Shown here: positions 8,756 to 20,200 of the stretch, piece after piece
Layout of the letters: each line of letters opens with the position of its first letter
Numbering within the stretch: the stretch's first letter is position 1
Origin: a virus
Virus record (IMG/VR): IMGVR_UViG_3300033150_001569
Coordinates: 58,308-122,307 of that record
Length of the DNA: 64,000 nucleotides
Direction: 5' to 3' (one strand)
Program-made: the position numbers and the translations under genes
The notes under the pieces: model-generated
The model's database searches: none
The model's input: only the letters and a program-made list of their open reading frames with translations
What the model was told of the DNA's origin: nothing

Positions 8756-11452
8756 TTGGCTGCTCCAACTGCTTTCTTATCATCAATGGGTTTTGGTTTT
8801 GTAGTTAGAATGGTAGATGAAGCAAGTGGTAATCTTAATACCATAACTAAAGAATTAAATAAAACAAGTGCTGCTACTCAAGGTATGTTAGGTGGTATTG
8901 CTGCATTACAAACTCAATTAAAAGTAGGTATAGGTGCAATGATTGGTGGTTTAGCACTTAGTGGACCATTAATTGCTGCTGCAAATGCATCAGGTAGATT
9001 TGAATTTGTTTTAAAAACTGTACAAGCAATTACTCAATCAACAACAGCACAACTTGATCAATTAAGAATTAAAGCATTAGAAATAGCAATGATAACTATG
9101 TATACTCCTCAACAAATAGTTGAAGGTATGAGAAATTTGTCTACAATGGGATTTACAGTTGTTCAGATAATGGACATGATAAAAGATGTATCATATTTGG
9201 CTCAAGCATCATTTGGTCAATTAAATGTTGCATTAGCTGGCGAAGTTGTTGGTGGTGCATTAAGATCATTTGGATTAGGTGCAAACCAAGCATCAAAGAT
9301 TGTTGATATTTTAACTAGAGCTACACAATTAACAAATTTACAGGCTAGAGATTTTCAATATGTAATGGGTTTAGCAGGTCCAGCAGCACGTATTGCAGGA
9401 CAAGATGTTGTTGAATTGATTACTGTTATGGGTATGTTAAGAAATACTAATTTACAAGCATCTATGTCTGCTACTGCTTTTGCAAATTCAATTCGTGCAA
9501 TTACTACAGCAACAGGTCAAGCAAAAATTAGAGAATTAGGAGTAGAATTAGGAGAATTAAATAAAAAAACAGGTGTAGTAGAATTTAGAAAACTTGGTGA
9601 TATTGTTATTGATGTTGCAGAAAAAATTGTTAAATATAAACATGAAGTAAAAGCAGCACAAATAGCAAATGAAATATTTGGTGAAAGAGGTAAAAGAGCT
9701 GCTGCTGCTATTATGAATCAAACAATAACATTAAATACGGCAATGACTGATTGGAAAGATGTAGTATTTAAAGGTGGTGGTGCAATAAAAGCATTAAGAA
9801 ATGAATTATATAATGCTACAGGTACTGCTGAAGGATTTAATGAAACTTTATTACCGACATTCCATAGAATAAAAGAATTAATTGGTGGTGCTCATAGTGC
9901 CATAGTTGCATTAATTGGTGATCCTGTACAAAAATTATTAGCATCAATTTTATATATATATTTTAAATTTCTTGGATTAATTAATGAAATGCTATTAATT
10001 TTAGGTCCAGTTAAAGATTTATTAATTAATATAACATTTTTAACAGGTGCTTTTTTAACATTAGGCGGTGCAATTGCTGCTTGTGCTGCTGCATTAAAAT
10101 TATTTAATAGATGGTTAATTGCTAGTATTGGAACTGAAGCTGCTAGAAAAGCTACTGTATTTGCTAATTTATGGTCTTGGATTGCTGGAAATGTAAAAAT
10201 TGCAGCAGATGCAATGAGAAAAATGAGTACAATGGGTGCAATTATGAATTTAGTTGGATTAGGAGCACCAATAAGATCAGAAGGAGCTGCTACTGCGATA
10301 ATGGGAGCAAATTTAGCAGCACAATATAAAATGCAAGAAAAAATGTCTCAAACATTTTTTGGAAGATTACAACTTTTTGGAGGAAAAGTTGGTAATTTTT
10401 TTAAAGTAAAATTTATTAGTATATTTAATATATTTAAAAATTTAGGAACTATTTTATTATCTCCTTTTAAATTAATTTCAAGTGCAATTGGAGGAATATT
10501 TAAATTTACTGGTTTATTATTACCAATACTTGGAAAATTATTAATAGTTGGTCTTGTTATACAAGGAATTTTTACTTCAATAAATTTTTTAGTTAGAACA
10601 TTAACAGGTGTAACATTAGTCGATTTAGTAAAAAGATTTAAAGAAATAATTAGTGTTACATTAGCTTTTAAGGATTTATTAAGTGGAAAAACTCTTGCAG
10701 AAAGTTTTAAAGTAATATTACCAAAAGAACTTGTAAAAAGATTTCAAGATTTAGGATTTACTAAAGTTCATATTGAAGCAATTGGTAGAGCATTATTAAT
10801 ATGGAATACTGTAATGGATAGATTAAGTACTAAATTTGAATTTTTTAAAACTTTAAAAACAATTTTAGCAGGTGGAGAAAGTAATGCTGAAGCTATGGCA
10901 AAAGCTACTGAAAAAATGGTTAATGGAATAGTAAATGCAATTACTAGTTTAGCAAAAATGATTGGATGGATTGCTTCAGTATTTGAAGGATGGAGAAAAG
11001 GAGGAATACTTCAATTAAGTCCTGGAAAAGTTGGTGCAAAATCACTTGGAATTTATGATTTTGTTTATGAAGAACAAGAAGCATTTAAAAAACATGTAAC
11101 AAAAATGGTATCAAAATCTCCTATGGGTGATGTATTTAGTATGAGTGGAATGGGATATACAGAAGCAACTATGCTTAGTGATTTAAGTAAATCATTAAAA
11201 GGAAGAGAAGAGATAGAAATTAATTCTGAAGGAATTAATCAAACAAATAAAAGATTAGATAATGTTATTAAATCTGTTCGAGATTTAGAAAAAACACTTA
11301 AAGAAAAAGAAACTAATTTTAATGTTTCAAGTTCAATTGATTCTGAAGGAATTACTAAAACAGTAATTGAAAAAAGTAGTGATGAAATTAAAAGAACAGG
11401 TAGTCCTAGTCCTGGTTTTATGACTACAATAAATACAACAACTGGTTATTAA
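8756..11452 (+). CDS. Tail tape measure protein (TP901-type)
   Basis: Ala/Gly-rich helical protein with TMYTPQQIVEGM, IVDILTRAT and EIFGERG motifs and hydrophobic mid segments; TTG start after AGGAG. Confidence 0.93.
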   Translation: MAAPTAFLSSMGFGFVVRMVDEASGNLNTITKELNKTSAATQGMLGGIAALQTQLKVGIGAMIGGLALSGPLIAAANASGRFEFVLKTVQAITQSTTAQLDQLRIKALEIAMITMYTPQQIVEGMRNLSTMGFTVVQIMDMIKDVSYLAQASFGQLNVALAGEVVGGALRSFGLGANQASKIVDILTRATQLTNLQARDFQYVMGLAGPAARIAGQDVVELITVMGMLRNTNLQASMSATAFANSIRAITTATGQAKIRELGVELGELNKKTGVVEFRKLGDIVIDVAEKIVKYKHEVKAAQIANEIFGERGKRAAAAIMNQTITLNTAMTDWKDVVFKGGGAIKALRNELYNATGTAEGFNETLLPTFHRIKELIGGAHSAIVALIGDPVQKLLASILYIYFKFLGLINEMLLILGPVKDLLINITFLTGAFLTLGGAIAACAAALKLFNRWLIASIGTEAARKATVFANLWSWIAGNVKIAADAMRKMSTMGAIMNLVGLGAPIRSEGAATAIMGANLAAQYKMQEKMSQTFFGRLQLFGGKVGNFFKVKFISIFNIFKNLGTILLSPFKLISSAIGGIFKFTGLLLPILGKLLIVGLVIQGIFTSINFLVRTLTGVTLVDLVKRFKEIISVTLAFKDLLSGKTLAESFKVILPKELVKRFQDLGFTKVHIEAIGRALLIWNTVMDRLSTKFEFFKTLKTILAGGESNAEAMAKATEKMVNGIVNAITSLAKMIGWIASVFEGWRKGGILQLSPGKVGAKSLGIYDFVYEEQEAFKKHVTKMVSKSPMGDVFSMSGMGYTEATMLSDLSKSLKGREEIEINSEGINQTNKRLDNVIKSVRDLEKTLKEKETNFNVSSSIDSEGITKTVIEKSSDEIKRTGSPSPGFMTTINTTTGY

Positions 11453-11463
11453 GGATTTAAAAA

Positions 11464-12039
11464 ATGTCTGAAGAAAAATCTTCAAAATGTTATTTAATAG
11501 TAGATCCTCAAGATTATAAAAGATTATCTCAAAAAGGAGGTAATCGAAGAAAATTTTTACGTGTTTTAAATTTTCAATATATTCCAGCAGAAATTATTAA
11601 AAGATTAGGTGGAACATATGCTGAAATTAAAATACCAGGTGCAGCAATACCAGTTCAACAATTTATTGCTAATAATCCTTATCAAGTACAAATGACATTA
11701 TTTTTTAATGGTTTAGGAGAAGATGAAAATAATTATAAAACAGAAAAACAAAAAGAAGATTTAAGAAATAATACATATGTAAAAGATAGAGTTGATTGGT
11801 TATTTACTTTTTGTAGTAGTCAAGGTGCTAATCAAGGACAAACTGTAAGATTAACTTTATTATGGGGAGAAACTAAATATATTTATGATGGTTCAGATTT
11901 AAGAGCAAATATACCAGGTTTTAAATGTATATTAAAAAGTGTACAAGTAAAAGAAGAACAATTTAGTCCTGTATCATTATATCCTATGAGAGCTACATGT
12001 GATATTGTTCTGGAATCAATTAAACAATTTCCATTTTAA
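11464..12039 (+). CDS. CIS-tube / tube-initiator-like protein
   Basis: FQYIPAEI..YAEIKIPG..QQF..TLFF..LLWG..F..ILKSVQV..F..PMRATCDIVL; follows the tape measure gene. Confidence 0.7.
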   Translation: MSEEKSSKCYLIVDPQDYKRLSQKGGNRRKFLRVLNFQYIPAEIIKRLGGTYAEIKIPGAAIPVQQFIANNPYQVQMTLFFNGLGEDENNYKTEKQKEDLRNNTYVKDRVDWLFTFCSSQGANQGQTVRLTLLWGETKYIYDGSDLRANIPGFKCILKSVQVKEEQFSPVSLYPMRATCDIVLESIKQFPF

Positions 12040-12048
12040 GGAGATAAT

Positions 12049-12354
12049 ATGCCTGTTTTTAAAGGTTCTAGATATGATCGTTCTAATATTATTTCTATTG
12101 AAAATGAAGAAGGAATTACAAAATTAGATGTTGATAAAGGAAAAGAATATTCAATAGAAGATTTAGAAGATGATGATTATATTATTCATAAAGTTGGTCC
12201 AGGAGAAACATTAGAATCTATTGTTTATAAATATACTGGAAATTCTTCTTATTATTATATTATTGCTCAAATTAATGATATATATGACCCATTTGAATCT
12301 ATTGAAGGAAAAGATTTAATAATACCTTCTGAAAATTTTTTTAATAATATTTAA
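12049..12354 (+). CDS. LysM / tail-X baseplate protein
   Basis: SRY N-terminus; HKVGPGETLESIVYKYTG..YYIIAQIN...LIIP. Confidence 0.85.
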   Translation: MPVFKGSRYDRSNIISIENEEGITKLDVDKGKEYSIEDLEDDDYIIHKVGPGETLESIVYKYTGNSSYYYIIAQINDIYDPFESIEGKDLIIPSENFFNNI

Positions 12355-12356
12355 TT

Positions 12357-14378
12357 ATGCCAAATACTATAAAATCTAAAAAAGAAAAATATATAAGAGA
12401 TCAAGAAACACAAATAGGTAAACTACCACCAAATTATGCTCCTACTGAAAAAGTTATAATTGATCGTGTTAGATTATTAGAAGATAAAGTTAAAGTTCTA
12501 AAAAAAGAATTAGAACCACAACCACATTGGACAGAAGGACAACAAATATCTTATTTGGAAAGAATAGATCCTTGGGTAGCAAAAGAATATCAAACTACTA
12601 TTAAAGAATATGAAGATTTAACAAATTTTTATAAAGACAAAAATGAATTAAAAAATTTAAAATTAGATATTGATAGATTTAAACCTAAAGTATGGATAAC
12701 TTTAAATGGTAAAAATATACAAAAATTTAATAAAATAGCTCCTGATTTTATTGATAGAATAGTTGTAAAAGAAAATGATGGAGGAGCAACTGATTCAAAA
12801 TCTAAAATGGGAACAGTTGAAATAACATTTAAAAATCCTTTAATAAATAAAGGAAACAAACAAAAATATGCTTTTGAAGGATTTAAACCATTTTTAACAA
12901 AAGCACAAGAAGGAGAAATATCAAAAGAAATTAAATCATATGATTATTTAGAAATTATTATTGGTTATGATAATGAAAAAAGAAATTTTGGTAAATTTTA
13001 TGTTGATAGACCTAAATTAAATTTTGCTGAAACAAATGCTCCTACAATAATATTAAAAGGTATTACTTATGAAGAAAATCTTAATACAGGAGAAAAATAT
13101 AGAGTTTGGTGGGATAAAACACCAGAAGATATAGTTAATCAAATTGCAAAAGAAGCGAATTTATCTGTAAATATTGAACCAACTGGAATACCAAGAAAAA
13201 CTATTGTTCAAAATACAAGTGATTATTTATTTCTTAAAAAAATAGCTTACAATTTAGGTTATTTATTATATATTGAAAGAAATATTTTATATTTTCATTC
13301 AATTGGAAATACTGATCCAGCATTAAGAGGTAAAAAATTTAATGGATATAAATTAGAATATAGACCAAATTCTAAAGGAACATTAAGTTCTTTTAGAATA
13401 AATTCATTTGAATCTAAAAAATTTGAAGAAATAATTGGTACTACTATAAATGATACTGGTAGATTAACTGAACCAAAAAAATATGATGTTACTAAAACTC
13501 AAGATCCGTTATCATTAATTCAAAATAAAAATAATATTTCTAGTTTTGATTTTGAAAAAGAAACTAGAAAAACTGAATTAACTGGTTTTACTAAAAATGA
13601 TGAAAAAATAAAAGATACTAATAAAATAAAAGAAAAATATGAAACAATTTCTAATGATGAATTAGCAACAAAATATAAATTATTATTTGGAGAAGATTCT
13701 ACTATTCCTGAAATTGATAATTTAGGTCTTTTAACTTATAAAACAAGACAATGGTATGTTGATCAAATAACTAAATATGAAGCAGGAGAATTATCTGAAA
13801 ATGAATTTGCAGTTACAAATTTAATAGCAAGACAAGAAATTCAGAAAAGATTAATTGTTGGTATTTATGATGGTAAAGATATTGTAATTCCAGGTACTGA
13901 TTGGTATCAAATACCTGCTGAAGCTTATATACCAGGAATGGTATCATTTCAAAAAAGAATATCTTATGCTGAAGCAATTAAAAATGAAGAAGAATTAAAT
14001 AAATTATTAAAAGCAAAAGCAATTCAAAAAAGATTTGCTGTTAAAGCAACTGGTAAAACTATAGGATTACCAAATTTAAAACCTAGAAATATTGTTGATA
14101 TATCTGGAACAGGAGATTTTGATCAATATTATTATATAACTGATATAACACATACTTTTGATCAAAGTGGTTATAATATTTCTTTTGATTGTGTTTCTGT
14201 TGGAAGAAAAATTCCTGTAATTGAAGTTGATGAAATATTAAATAATCAAGATTTAAATGAAGTTGAATTAGAAGAAGAAATATTTGTCTTTGAAAAAGAA
14301 ACTAAAACGACAAAATTAAAAAATTATGAAACTAAAGAAGAAGTTGAAGAAAGAAAGAAGAGACAAAAGGAAAAATAA
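12357..14378 (+). CDS. Baseplate hub (late control D / gp27-like)
   Basis: DIVNQIAKE..VQNTSDYLFLKKIA..G; C-terminal GKTIGLPNLKP..G.GDFDQYYYITDITHTF. Confidence 0.8.
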   Translation: MPNTIKSKKEKYIRDQETQIGKLPPNYAPTEKVIIDRVRLLEDKVKVLKKELEPQPHWTEGQQISYLERIDPWVAKEYQTTIKEYEDLTNFYKDKNELKNLKLDIDRFKPKVWITLNGKNIQKFNKIAPDFIDRIVVKENDGGATDSKSKMGTVEITFKNPLINKGNKQKYAFEGFKPFLTKAQEGEISKEIKSYDYLEIIIGYDNEKRNFGKFYVDRPKLNFAETNAPTIILKGITYEENLNTGEKYRVWWDKTPEDIVNQIAKEANLSVNIEPTGIPRKTIVQNTSDYLFLKKIAYNLGYLLYIERNILYFHSIGNTDPALRGKKFNGYKLEYRPNSKGTLSSFRINSFESKKFEEIIGTTINDTGRLTEPKKYDVTKTQDPLSLIQNKNNISSFDFEKETRKTELTGFTKNDEKIKDTNKIKEKYETISNDELATKYKLLFGEDSTIPEIDNLGLLTYKTRQWYVDQITKYEAGELSENEFAVTNLIARQEIQKRLIVGIYDGKDIVIPGTDWYQIPAEAYIPGMVSFQKRISYAEAIKNEEELNKLLKAKAIQKRFAVKATGKTIGLPNLKPRNIVDISGTGDFDQYYYITDITHTFDQSGYNISFDCVSVGRKIPVIEVDEILNNQDLNEVELEEEIFVFEKETKTTKLKNYETKEEVEERKKRQKEK

Positions 14379-14381
14379 ATA

Positions 14382-15791
14382 ATGGAAATATTTTTAGATA
14401 AAGATAGAATATTTGGTAAAACTAGAGGAAAGGTTATATCAAATAAAGATCCTCAAAAAATGGGAAGAATATTATTTATAGTTCCTGAGTTAATGGGTTC
14501 TACTATAATGCCGTGGGCAAAACCTGTTAATAATCAAGGTAGATTACCTAATATTGGTGAAGATGTTTGGATAGAATTTGAAAGAGGAGATATTAATTTT
14601 CCTATATATTCTGGTGAATGGGCAACAACAGAAGAAGGTACAAATCCAGTTCCTGATTTAGCAAAAGGATTACCTGATGAAACAGCACAAGGCAATATGG
14701 ATCAAGGTTCTAAAGGTTTTGATAGAATGCCAATCCAAGGATCTGAAACATTATTTTTTGATGAACCTTATAGTGGATTTGGAGCAGAATATTCACATAA
14801 TAGAATTATTAAAACTAAAAGTGGAAATCTTTTGGAAATAGATGATACACCAGATAATGAAAGAATTCATATTTATCATCGTAGAGGTTCTTTTTTAGAA
14901 TATAAATCTGATGGAAGTTGTATTAAAAAAACAAGAGGTCGTGAACATTCTATAATTGAAGCAAATCATATCCAACATATTCATGAAAATGAATATAAAT
15001 CTATTGATCTTAATTCTAGATATCAAATTACTAAAAATAGAAGTGTTACTGTAGGAAATGATTATAAAAAAGAAATAGGTGGAGAAACAACTGAAATATA
15101 TAAAAGTTCAACAAATAGATCATATAAAGGTAGAGTTGATAGTGAATATAATGGTGATATTAATAAAACTGTTTATGGAAGTGAGAGAAAAACTATAGGT
15201 GGACCAAAATTAGAAGTAATAATGGAAAATAAAGATGCTACTGTTGTTGGAAGAAAATCAACTGTTATAACTAATTTAAATATTGATGATGAAGCAGAAT
15301 TAAAAACAATTTTAATAGGAAATTTATATCAAAAATTAGTAGCAGGAGATAAAGAATTATTAATATTATTAGGAGATGTACTTAAAAAAATATTAATTGG
15401 TAATTTAAAATATAATATCCAAATAGGAGATATGGAATTTAAAGTAGGAACTGGAGATATAGAAATATCTACATCTGCTGATGGATTTTTAGATTTAGGT
15501 GAAATAACTATTAAAAATCAAGATAATAAAATTAAACTTTATAAAAATGGTAAAACTGAAATAATTACAAAAAATATAATTAATCTTATTTCTGATTTAA
15601 TAAATATTAAAAAAGATGGAGAATCTGTTGAACCAATGGTTTTAGGTAATAAAATATTTGCTCAAATAGCTCATATTGTTCAAATGTTTTTAAATCATCA
15701 ACATACACATCCTTATGGTCCAACTACTGGTTTAATTGGTTCTATGCAAAATTTTGATGATTATAGAAGTGCAACTAATAATGTTTCTTAA
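14382..15791 (+). CDS. Baseplate spike (gp5/VgrG/gpV-like)
   Basis: OB fold (RGKVISNKDPQKMGRI..PWA..PNIGEDVWIEFERGDINFPIY), KTKSGNLLEIDDTPDNERIHIYH, beta-helix repeats and a C-terminal HQHTHP metal-binding apex. Confidence 0.9.
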   Translation: MEIFLDKDRIFGKTRGKVISNKDPQKMGRILFIVPELMGSTIMPWAKPVNNQGRLPNIGEDVWIEFERGDINFPIYSGEWATTEEGTNPVPDLAKGLPDETAQGNMDQGSKGFDRMPIQGSETLFFDEPYSGFGAEYSHNRIIKTKSGNLLEIDDTPDNERIHIYHRRGSFLEYKSDGSCIKKTRGREHSIIEANHIQHIHENEYKSIDLNSRYQITKNRSVTVGNDYKKEIGGETTEIYKSSTNRSYKGRVDSEYNGDINKTVYGSERKTIGGPKLEVIMENKDATVVGRKSTVITNLNIDDEAELKTILIGNLYQKLVAGDKELLILLGDVLKKILIGNLKYNIQIGDMEFKVGTGDIEISTSADGFLDLGEITIKNQDNKIKLYKNGKTEIITKNIINLISDLINIKKDGESVEPMVLGNKIFAQIAHIVQMFLNHQHTHPYGPTTGLIGSMQNFDDYRSATNNVS

Positions 15792-15803
15792 AAGGTCTAT
15801 AAA

Positions 15804-16976
15804 ATGGCAAAATCTATAACAGATTTTTTTGGAAAAGTTATAAAAGATCATGTAAAAGATGGACTTGGAAGACCTATGCAAAATGGTAGTGCAGATGGAA
15901 GTTATCAAAATATTGCTGCTAGTGAATTGTGGTCGCAAATAAAACTTGCTAATGCAATGGAGAATCAATGGGTTAATTTTTGTAATAGTATGAAAAATAG
16001 TGATGGAAATTCAATTATTCCTCCAACAACAGTTACATATACATATGGTGGAAATAAAATTACCAATCCTGGAATTGAATATGAAATTGAATGGGGTTTA
16101 AAAGTTATTAAAAGTGGAATAGCAATTCCTTTTTACTGGATTAAATATAAATCAAATATAGATTTAAGTTCTGCTTCTAAAGATGATATTTGGATTTGTG
16201 ATAGAGGACATGAATATTTAGTAGAACAAGTTAATAATTTTGAAAATAAAATTTTAATAGCAGGACCAATTTCAAAAATTGATGGAACTTCTGGTGGTGG
16301 TCATATTAAAAGTGGAGATCAAGGAAAAATATCTAAATCTTTTCATGGTGGTACTCCAAGTGGTGAAACTCAAGAATTTGATGCAACAGGTTCTAGTGGA
16401 ACTTTTAAATTAGGAGAAATGATAACAGGTTCTCCTAGTGGTGCTACTGGAAAAGTTCTTGATAGTGATGGATTAACAAAAGGATATTTTAAAAGTAATC
16501 CACAACATATACCTTATAGTATAGGTCCACCAATTGTTTTAGAACATTGGAAAGTTGAATTAACAGATGTATCACATTTATCAGTTGGAGTTCCTGTTAT
16601 ATTTGAAGATTATAATGGTCAAACATTAGAAACTATATTATTTAATATTGGTGGTGATACTGTTAAAACATATGATAATATTTCAGGATTTTCAAGAAAT
16701 ACACCTTCTTGGGTAAAACTTAAAAATCCAACAGATATTGCTACTTTTTTAAATATTGAACTTCAAGGAACAACTAAATTTTTAGTTGGAGATATTGTAA
16801 CTGGAGATGAATCTGGAACTACTACAATTTTACAAACTGATAATACTGATTATTCAGAAAATAAAAGTAATCCAGAACATATTCAAGCATTATTAAATAT
16901 ATTAAAAGCAGTATCTCCTCAATGTATATGCATAATTGGTCCTAGTAGTGTTCCATTACCTTTAATAGTTACATAA
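15804..16976 (+). CDS. Baseplate-associated structural protein
   Basis: Two copies of the F-x-x-G-[ED]-x-[IV]-T-G-x-x-S-G-x-T module seen in large-phage baseplate proteins; follows the spike gene. Confidence 0.55.
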   Translation: MAKSITDFFGKVIKDHVKDGLGRPMQNGSADGSYQNIAASELWSQIKLANAMENQWVNFCNSMKNSDGNSIIPPTTVTYTYGGNKITNPGIEYEIEWGLKVIKSGIAIPFYWIKYKSNIDLSSASKDDIWICDRGHEYLVEQVNNFENKILIAGPISKIDGTSGGGHIKSGDQGKISKSFHGGTPSGETQEFDATGSSGTFKLGEMITGSPSGATGKVLDSDGLTKGYFKSNPQHIPYSIGPPIVLEHWKVELTDVSHLSVGVPVIFEDYNGQTLETILFNIGGDTVKTYDNISGFSRNTPSWVKLKNPTDIATFLNIELQGTTKFLVGDIVTGDESGTTTILQTDNTDYSENKSNPEHIQALLNILKAVSPQCICIIGPSSVPLPLIVT

Positions 16977-16977
16977 A

Positions 16978-17262
16978 ATGATAATAAGAGAAAAAATTGA
17001 AAAATTATTATATGAAAATAATTCTAATAGTTTAAGTAAATGGTATTGTTTTAAATCAATAAGAGAAATACCTTTATTTAGAATGTTTGAATTTGCAATA
17101 TTAATGATTAATTTAGAAATTGAAAAATTAACATATAAAATAAGATATTATTTACAAGATTGTTTTATTATTAAAAAACAAATTAATCAAAATAATAAAA
17201 AAGAAAAATTAATAGAAAAAAGAAAAAATATACTTTTAAAATATTTTAAAGGAAATAAATAA
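16978..17262 (+). CDS. Hypothetical protein
   Basis: 94-aa ORF packed between neighbours. Confidence 0.55.
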   Translation: MIIREKIEKLLYENNSNSLSKWYCFKSIREIPLFRMFEFAILMINLEIEKLTYKIRYYLQDCFIIKKQINQNNKKEKLIEKRKNILLKYFKGNK

Positions 17263-17264
17263 TA

Positions 17265-20200
17265 ATGGCAAGAGAAGTTGATCTTACAAATGATCAAAGA
17301 ATAGAAAATATAGAAACAAGATATCGTAAAGAAAAAGGTCTTAAATTTGATAATACTCCTGGAAAATGGTTAGGAGCATCTATTGGTCAATTTTTACCTG
17401 TTGAACAAATTCTTAATTTTATTAAAGGAGTAGAGAAAGCAATTGCTCCATTAATCTTAGTATTAAATTTAACAGCAGGAGTTTTAAATAAAGCAAAAAT
17501 ATTTCTTAAAACGTTTCCTAATTTAACAGCATTAATAATTAAAATAGCATTATATCCTATAGTTAGATTTCTAGAAGATCTCAAAAATACTAAAGTATCA
17601 ATGTTAATTATTAGTCCAAAATTAGGACCAATGAGCATTAAAAAAGCATTTACTGTATTAGAAAATAGTTTTTATGATAAAGCAGATCCTGAAAGACCTA
17701 TACCTAAAACTGGTTTATTAGGTGGATTAATAATATTAGGTTATTTTCCAACATTATCAGCATTTACAAGATTTGGTAATACTATTGCAAAATTTTTAAA
17801 TCAACCTACTTTTGGTAATTTTGATAAAGTTAAATTAAAAAGTCCATTTGCAACTGCAACAGTAATAGATATGGCAAAAATTGATCATACTACTAGAGAT
17901 TCTGGTAATGATTCTTTATATAGTAATGAATTAAAATGGCAAGGAGATAATTCAAAAAAAGTTGTTAATTATAAACAATATATAGCAGATGCAAGAGGTG
18001 GAAGTGTATTTATAAATCCTAATTTTGATATAATTATTAGCACTAGTAATTTTTCATTTCCAGAGAAAGGTCTTTTAAAAGTAACACAAGGTTTAGATAA
18101 ACCATATTATATACCTTATAATGGTAGAGCAGTTGTTTTAAATAATAATAGAATAGTACCAATTCATTTTAAATTTGATGATAAACAAGATATTAAATAT
18201 TATGCATTTATTAATTGTGAAATTCCACAAAATATTTATAAAATAACAGAAGTTTCAGATGATATTCAAACAACAAATAATGATAAAAATTATAAAATAA
18301 TTCATGATGTTGAATTTAGAAAAATAGAAATAAAAGGAAAAAAGAAAAGTAATTTTATTGATTCAATATCAGAATCATACGAAAACTTTTTATCATTTGA
18401 TACACAAGATATTATAGGAGATTTAATTGAACCAGATAAATCACAATATAATAGAAAAATTAATATTACAGATAAAAGAACGTTAAATATTAATTATTCA
18501 GGTAGAGAAAGTGAATTTTTAAAAATTACTTCTTTTATTTTAATAGATCAAGAAACAGGAGAATATTTTGGTAAATTTTATAGAGATGAATTTGTAGTAC
18601 CAGGTTCTCAAGTAGTTGATGATAAAGGTAATCTAACAATTTCTTATATTTTAACAGATATACCAAGTTCAATAAGAAAAGTATTAGTAATAGCATATAT
18701 GAATATATTTGAAGATACTGATGAATTAGAAGAAATAACTAAATTTATAACAAGAATAACTAAAAAACATAGATTTGAAATAAAAGGAGCATTTTTAGAA
18801 CCAGGAACTTTTCCATTTCAAGGTACTGCTCCAGATTGGTATAGTATAGGTTTAACTGATTTAATTAGACCATTAAAATATGTATTTAGATATTTTTCTC
18901 AATTTATAGATTGGTTATCTAAATATTCATTTGATGTTACTGATATATTAATTAAAGGAATAGAAGTATTAGAACATAATGTTAAAACTTTAAAAGAAAC
19001 ATTAGATTCAATTAATTATATGTTAACCGAATATTTCACTTTTGAAATATTAAATACTAGAGCAAATTTTCTTTTATTAGATCCAAAATTAGGAGGAGTT
19101 CCTAATTTTATGTATAGAATAAGAAATAGTACTGGTTTAGAAACATTTGGTGCTAAAGATAATTATCAAGAATTAGATAAATATAGATTTACTGAAAATG
19201 AACAAGAATATTTGAAAAAATTTACTGTATCAGGTGGTCAAACACAAAGTTTAGTTAGTCTTGCTAATTCTGGTTATTTAAATAAAGAAGGATATACTTT
19301 TATAATAGCTTTATGTGTTACTTCAGGAAGAGATTATTCTGTATTTAGTAAATTTTTCCAATTTGCAGTTCAAGATACATGGAAAGATATTAGAAAAGTA
19401 TTTAATGATAAATATTTAGAAGATCTTAAAAAAGGTTATAAAAGAGCATTTAATGGACAATATCCATTTGATAATACTAATTTAAATGATACAGATAGAA
19501 ATAAATTAGAAGGAATTCTAGAACAAATAGAAAATAATAAAGAAGAAGCTGATGAACCAACTACATTACCAGAAGAAGTACCAGGAGATTTTGCAAGACC
19601 AACATATGATCCATATGGAACTATTAGTAGTCCTGGAGAAGCAAATGATGTTTTAAATACAGGACAAGGTAAAGATGGTAAATTAATTTCTGATACTAAT
19701 TATAGAGAACTTTATGAATTAGATGATGGTACTAAATGGGATATTATTAAAAATGGTGATAATGATTTAGGTAGAATTAATCTTGATAGTAATGCTGGAT
19801 TAATTGATGGAAATTTATTAACTTCTCCTCCTTTTGGAAGATATATTGATGGTTTATTTGATCAATTTAATAGATTATATATTATAACAGAATTTGGTCT
19901 TGCTAGATATGATTATCAAAATTGGTATGGATTTATAGATTTAAATGGATTTTTAAATCCTAATCCTACATCTATTATTAGAGATCATAATAATAAAATA
20001 TGGATAGGAACTAAATTTGGTATATCTTGTTATGATCCTGGAAAAAATTGGATCAACTATAGTAAATATCAACCTATATATGATTTAGAAAATAATCAAT
20101 ATACTTATAATAATAATTTTAAAAATATAATTGTTAAAACAATAGTTACAAATGAAACAATAGAAAATATTCAATCATTTCCTATTAAAAAAATTAAAAA